A DNA stretch of 64,000 nucleotides from Octopus sinensis (taxonomy: Eukaryota), in contig NC_042999.1 in NCBI RefSeq assembly GCF_006345805.1, positions 45,136,001 to 45,200,000 of the forward strand, written 5' to 3'. Shown here piece by piece: positions 61,909 to 64,000 of the stretch. Every line of letters starts with the position of its first letter. The first letter of the stretch is position 1. Under the pieces are notes generated by a model, which saw only the letters and a program-made list of their open reading frames with translations, made no database searches and was not told where the DNA came from. The position numbers and the translations under genes were made by a program.

Positions 61909-62469
61909 ATATATATTTGTATGTATATAAATGTGTGTGTGTATATATGTATATATATATATATATGTGCGTATATATATTTGTAGTATATAAATGTGTG
62001 TGTATATATATATATACACACACACATATATACATATATCTACATATATACACACATATATATATGCATAGATATATATACACACACACATATATATATA
62101 CACACACACATATACATACACACAAATATATATACATACACATACACTAAAACATACACATACAAGTATTGATTAACACACATTCATATATTAATTTACT
62201 TATAAATACATAAATATACACTCAGACATTAAAACACACAAACATATAGATAAAGGCATTAATACACATATATACAGATATTTATATATACATACACACA
62301 CACATAGATTAATATACATGCACACATCCATTAATATGCATACGCACACAATCAAAATTAGGATAAATATATTTTTTCAATTGAACTTGTATAGTAATGA
62401 GACCCAAAGTTTTGATTTTTTGTAATATATAAAAGTACTCAAGTGTGATGAACCCTATTGATTTCAAAA

Positions 62470-62900
62470 GTTACTTGTGATGTTCATGCCTTTCTCAATA
62501 ATATTAGCTTCTGGTGTGGTGATGAAAACTCCCATCCACTGAGTTCCCAGTTTGTGGATAGGGGAATGGTCTATAGAAATACAGGTTATCTGTGAATACT
62601 CAATGAGCAATCCAGTCCTGGACAAAATCATGAGTTGTCCTTTGGCAAGGCATAGCACCTGTTAATGGTTTAACATGTCTCAGACTATGACAGGGTCATG
62701 GTGAAATCCCGAAGCCCTGAAGTGGGCAGAAATGCCAGTATCATTGGAAAGCAGGATGGTAACAGGGAATGAAATACAAAGTATAAAAATATTTTGTCTT
62801 TGAATTTCTTCACCCTTTGCGGAACAGATTACAGTTTTATGAATATTGGTTGGGGAAACCCATCAGATTGACTTGGCACTGCAACCATCTATTGGATCTG
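62470..62900 (-). pseudogene. Possible Gypsy integrase relic
   Basis: Degenerate DFVQDWIAH*VFTD..HHT..PEANIIE resembles AFVxxWIARFGVP..HHTTAYHPQANGxVE. Confidence 0.3.
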
Positions 62901-63087
62901 CAACCATAGATGAGAAATTAGCAATCAGAAGATATAAGTCAATGAGAGAGTTTCTATACAGTATCACGACTTGCTAGCAATAGCACCAAAACTTCTTCGA
63001 ATCACACCATATTGTCTTAAAATAGGAAGAAAGCTTTGGGCCAAGGAAATTACTCATCATCGTCATTGTCATCATCGTCGTTATCAA

Positions 63088-63127
<40 letters not shown>

Positions 63128-63199
63128 GTCGTCGTCGTCGTCGTCATCGTCATCATCATCATCATCATCATCGTCATCATCATCACCATCATCATCATC

Positions 63200-63620
63200 A
63201 TTCTCCAACGTCCACGTTCCATGTTGGTATGGGTTGGACAGTTTGACAGAATCTGATGGGCTCAAAGACTGCACCACTGGTTCGGGAATGAAATTTGTTT
63301 GGAGAATGCAAACCCAGGTCCAAAAATATCTTTAAAAACAAGGTCTTGTTCCTTTTTTTAAATATATTTTTGTTCTTTGTTCTTTGAGGAGAAATCTAAC
63401 TTTGAGCTACCTTTTTATTCACTGTTTTCTAAACCTGAAAAAGTAAATAAGGGTGCAAATTTTGATTTTGCACCCAACAAAAATTCTAGTGGATGCATGT
63501 GCACCTCCTGCACCTCATACTTACAGGCCCATGATTGCATCATGCTCCAGTATTTGCTTTGGCATGGCTTCTATGGCTGGATGCCTTCCCAAATGTCAAC
63601 TAATTTACAGGGTGTACTAG
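63200..63620 (-). mobile_element. Old RTE 3' end in (CAT)n
   Basis: CCATGTTGGTATGGGTTGGACAG and GGCTGGATGCCTTCCCAAATG; interrupted. Confidence 0.65.
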
Positions 63621-63671
63621 ATGCACCAGTCCTAGTGAGGCCATCATACAGGGACTTGGGTTATATATATA

Positions 63672-64000
63672 AAACTCTACTTGTGAAGACCTGTTGAGGT
63701 AAGTGAGAATCAGAATCAAAATCGATCAAAATCGATCAGAATCAAAATCGATCAATGGAAATTGCCGGTGGCACGTAAGAGAACCATCTGAACGTGGCCG
63801 TTGCCAGCGCCACCCCGACTGGCCTTGTGCCGGTAGCACATAAAAAGCACCATCCGTTTGTGGCCGTTGCCAGCCTCGCCTGGCCCCCGTGCCGGTGGCA
63901 CATAAAAAGCACCATCCGATCGTGGCCGTTTGCCAGACTCATCTGGCACCTGTGCCAGTGGCACGTAAAAAGCACCCACTACACTCATGGAGTGGTTTGC
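63672..64000 (+). mobile_element. RTE 3' UTR running off the window end
   Basis: TTGTGAAGACCTGTTGAGG, (AATCG)n and four GTGCCGGTGGCAC-type units; begins after TATATATATA. Confidence 0.9.

Noticed and set aside
63770-63975. CRISPR-like repeat-spacer pattern (GGCACGTAAAAAGCACC)
   Set aside because: The spacers are homologous to each other, the pattern lies inside the RTE 3' UTR, and the context is eukaryotic with no cas genes.

Overview
AT-rich, microsatellite-saturated metazoan DNA. The SINE families and repeat landscape suggest an octopod cephalopod, but this is inference. No host protein-coding gene can be supported; nearly all long ORFs in the track are microsatellite noise. The recognisable content is transposable elements: three tRNA-derived SINE families; a young RTE-clade LINE (22133-26016, minus) with one frameshift and a PHD finger inside its RT, plus many 5'-truncated copies mostly in (TA)n; R4/Dong-like RLE LINE ends in (TAA)n and (CATA)n; CR1-, L1/Tx1- and BovB-like fragments; Tigger, maT and mellifera-type mariner transposases; hAT and TTAA MITEs; and Gypsy and Penelope relics. 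The main observation is about 14 minimal type-I hammerhead ribozyme motifs in several small non-coding elements, four of which are inverted-repeat structures. Their cores show three forms of the 3-8 tertiary pair: C3-G8 (CUGANGA), U3-A8 (UUGAAAA) and G3-C8 (GUGAACA). Most have a palindromic stem III. One element combines a tRNA-like head with two hammerhead arms, and another forms a ~360-bp retrozyme-like tandem. Folds were read by eye and no activity is shown.
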